This document shows, one piece after another, positions 61,459 through 64,000 of a stretch of 64,000 bases of DNA. Below the pieces are notes generated by a model that saw only the letters and a list, made by a program, of their open reading frames with translations, searched no databases and had not been told where the DNA came from. The position numbers were made by a program, and so were the translations under genes. The stretch lies in NCBI GenBank assembly GCA_032718475.1, contig JAUCBJ010008219.1, positions 1-64,000 of the forward strand, written 5' to 3'. Numbering within the stretch: the stretch's first letter is position 1; each line of letters starts with the position of its first letter. Source of the stretch: Nemertoderma westbladi. Its lineage: Eukaryota > Animalia > Xenacoelomorpha.

Positions 61459-64000
61459 ATGGCCGAAGCCAGACATATCTCCCTACGTGCACCAGAACCA
61501 TTTAAAATTTCATATGATGTCAGTTCCGTAACCCCTCGCTGGGAAAAGTGGCTAAACACTTTCGACATATATTTGTCTGCACTGGGTGTCAAAGACCCTG
61601 AACAGATGAAAAGCATTCTTCTACATATATCTGGTGAAGAGGTACAGGACCGCTTTGTTACATTGACTATTCCACAACCTGTGCCTGACACTAATGAAAA
61701 TGTTTACACAGTAGCACATACATCACTAAATAATGAATTCGGCAAAAGAGAAAATGAAGTATTTTCAACATTCAGGTTTAACTCACTAACATGAGAGCCA
61801 AATGAATTATTCAGCTCATATATAGCACGACTTCGGAAACAGGCCAAGTATTGTAATTTTGGCAATGCTTTAGAGCGAAATATATGTGACCGCGCTGTAG
61901 CAGGATGTCGATCCAATAAATTATTACAACGATTTCTTCGAGTGGCAGAGGAAGACTCAGCAGCTTGTACACTAACACGATGTATTCAAATTGCTCAAAC
62001 GCTAGAACAGACATCTAAACAAGCACTAGATATTGAAGAGTTCGCACGATCTACAAAACTAGTGGGACAAAGTGACGACATTGATGATCTTGAGGTTAAT
62101 AAAATAGCTAAATTTAAAAACCGATATTCAAGGCCAAAAGCAAACGCTGAACAGCAATGGCAGCGAAAAACAGTAAATTACAAATACCAGAACAAGCCGC
62201 CAACTGCAAATTCTGTCAGCACACCCCAATATACACATTGTTACCGATGTGGGAATACAGATCACAAAGTTCCTGATTGTCGAATATCAGCAAAAATCAT
62301 CTGTAATGCATGTGGTGGAATAGGACACATGAAAGGAGTATGTATGAAAACTAAACGAAACTTACGACAATTAGTCGATGACAATTGAAGAAACTGAAAC
62401 GATTTACAGCGAAGAAAGCACATCATCTGATGAGTATGGTGATTTATGCATCAATGCTCTATTTAAAGAATGCAAAATTCATAAGATTTCTACTGCGGGT
62501 CCTTGTTACAATGTAAATATCAACAATACAAGCATCCCTATACTGATTGATTCTGGAGCAGAATGTAATATCCTCACATATTCTGCATACAAAACACTAC
62601 AACAACATGGCGAATACATGAATCTAACATCCACTAAAAGTATCATATATCCATACAATTCAAAAACTCCACTAAAAATCGTTGGAAAAGTGCGAGCAAC
62701 AGTGGAAGCCTGTGGGCAAGCAGCTAAGGTAAAGTTTATTGTTGTTAGTACACAAGACTTATCTCTATTAGGATACAAATCTGCCACAGATTTGGATTTG
62801 CTACGGGTTGGCCCACCTAGTATAAAAGAAAGAGGAATGAAGATAGGAGTGCGACAATTATTAGAATGCAAAACTCACAAAACATTGGACACATCACATC
62901 TGGACAATATTATATCAAAATATTCCGATGTTTTCTCAGCCACAGGTCTCATGTGTGACGAAAATGGCACCCCAATACAAGTGAAATTACACCTCAGAGA
63001 AGATGCAGATCCTGTCGCAGTACGTGCATCACGTATTCCATTTCATCTCCGCCGCCCGTGTGAAAAAGAACTTTCCATCCAGGAGGAGGCTAATATGATT
63101 GAAACTGCCACTGGTCCTACCCCATGGGTTTCAAGAATGGTACTTCAAATTAAGCCCAACCGCACAGATGATGAAAACCTTCCCGTAGTTCGGATTACAC
63201 TTGATGCCCGGGAGCTTAATAAACATCTAGTACGCGAACGGCATCCGATACCGACACTCGATGAAATTGTTGATCAAATTGCCTTGGAAGAACCTCCTAA
63301 TCCATCCAATATGACTGATGACTTGACTTTATATTACTCACATTTAGATTGTGATCGAGGGTACCATCAAATTGGTTTACATCCTGATTCACGACCACTT
63401 ACAACATTTGCCACTCACAAAGGAATGAAACGTTATACTACTCTGGTTATGGGTGTGTCAACCAGTGGAGAAATTTTCCATCGTGAGTTGTAACGTTCCA
63501 TACAAGGGATTGATGGAACAAGAAATGCCAGTGATGACATAATTGTGTGGGGTTATGGGAAGCAGCAACATTTAAACCGTCTGCAGCAAGTGTTAGCAAG
63601 ATGCAAAGAACGTAACATATAATTAAAACGATCAAAGTGTGTATTTTTGCAGACAAGCGTTGAATTCCTGGGGCATCTACTTACAAACACGGGGCTGACA
63701 CCCTGTGAGAAGAAAATTGAGGCAGTAAAAAACCTAAAAATTCCAACTACCAAGACTGAACTGAAGTCCAGTCTTGGATTGCTTGGGTGGTTGTCACCTT
63801 TGATCCCAAATTATGCCATTCTTAAAGCACCTCTTCAGAGTCTACTCGCAAAGAACAAAGTGTTCGAAATGTCAGATGAAGCCCTCATAGCTTGGAAGAC
63901 GCTGATTGAAGAAATATCAAATCCTAGAACATTGGCATATTTCAAACGTGATCTTCCTACAACACTCACCACTGATGCATCACCCACGGCAATTAGTGCA
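61459..64000 (+). pseudogene. Gypsy gag-pol, disrupted
   Basis: APEPF..RWEKWL..F gag start, two CCHC knuckles, LIDSGA protease, RT (LDARELN, GYHQI, SDDIIV), TDAS RNase H at the window end. Stops or frameshifts near 61792, 62385, 63491 and 63620. Confidence 0.9.

Larger units (their letters stand above)
55466..64000 (+). mobile_element. Older Gypsy LTR retrotransposon (5' LTR split by a nested Gypsy; runs past the window end)
   Basis: LTR end ...ataaca at 60905, PBS tggcgacgag, then gag-pol. The LTR start at TGTTAG 55466 is inferred because the partner LTR is outside the window. Confidence 0.7.

Overview
AT-rich eukaryotic (invertebrate animal-like) genomic DNA, mostly nested transposable elements. 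(1) An 18-kb decayed BEL/Pao LTR retrotransposon (1945-20034, 5-bp TSD TGTAC) carries a THAP-only P-superfamily DNA transposon and a 5'-truncated RTE-type LINE. Its unusually long 3' region holds a duplicated, covarying RNA stem-loop and an extra ORF. (2) 20-41 kb is a patchwork of MITEs, minisatellites, LINE fragments and a SINE, plus a two-exon KCNMB-like (BK channel beta subunit) gene and one exon of a Cys-loop receptor gene on the opposite strand. (3) A 12-kb IS3EU-type DNA transposon (42510-54534) has a spliced, intact-looking DDE transposase and a convergent zinc-ribbon + HECT E3 ubiquitin ligase gene, which is split by a near-intact CR1/L2-group LINE. (4) A young GC-rich Gypsy element has an intact 1469-aa ORF, an atypical IVED RT motif and an apparent 7-bp TSD; it sits in the LTR of an older Gypsy that runs off the window end. 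All calls come from manual motif and boundary reading; no database searches were run.
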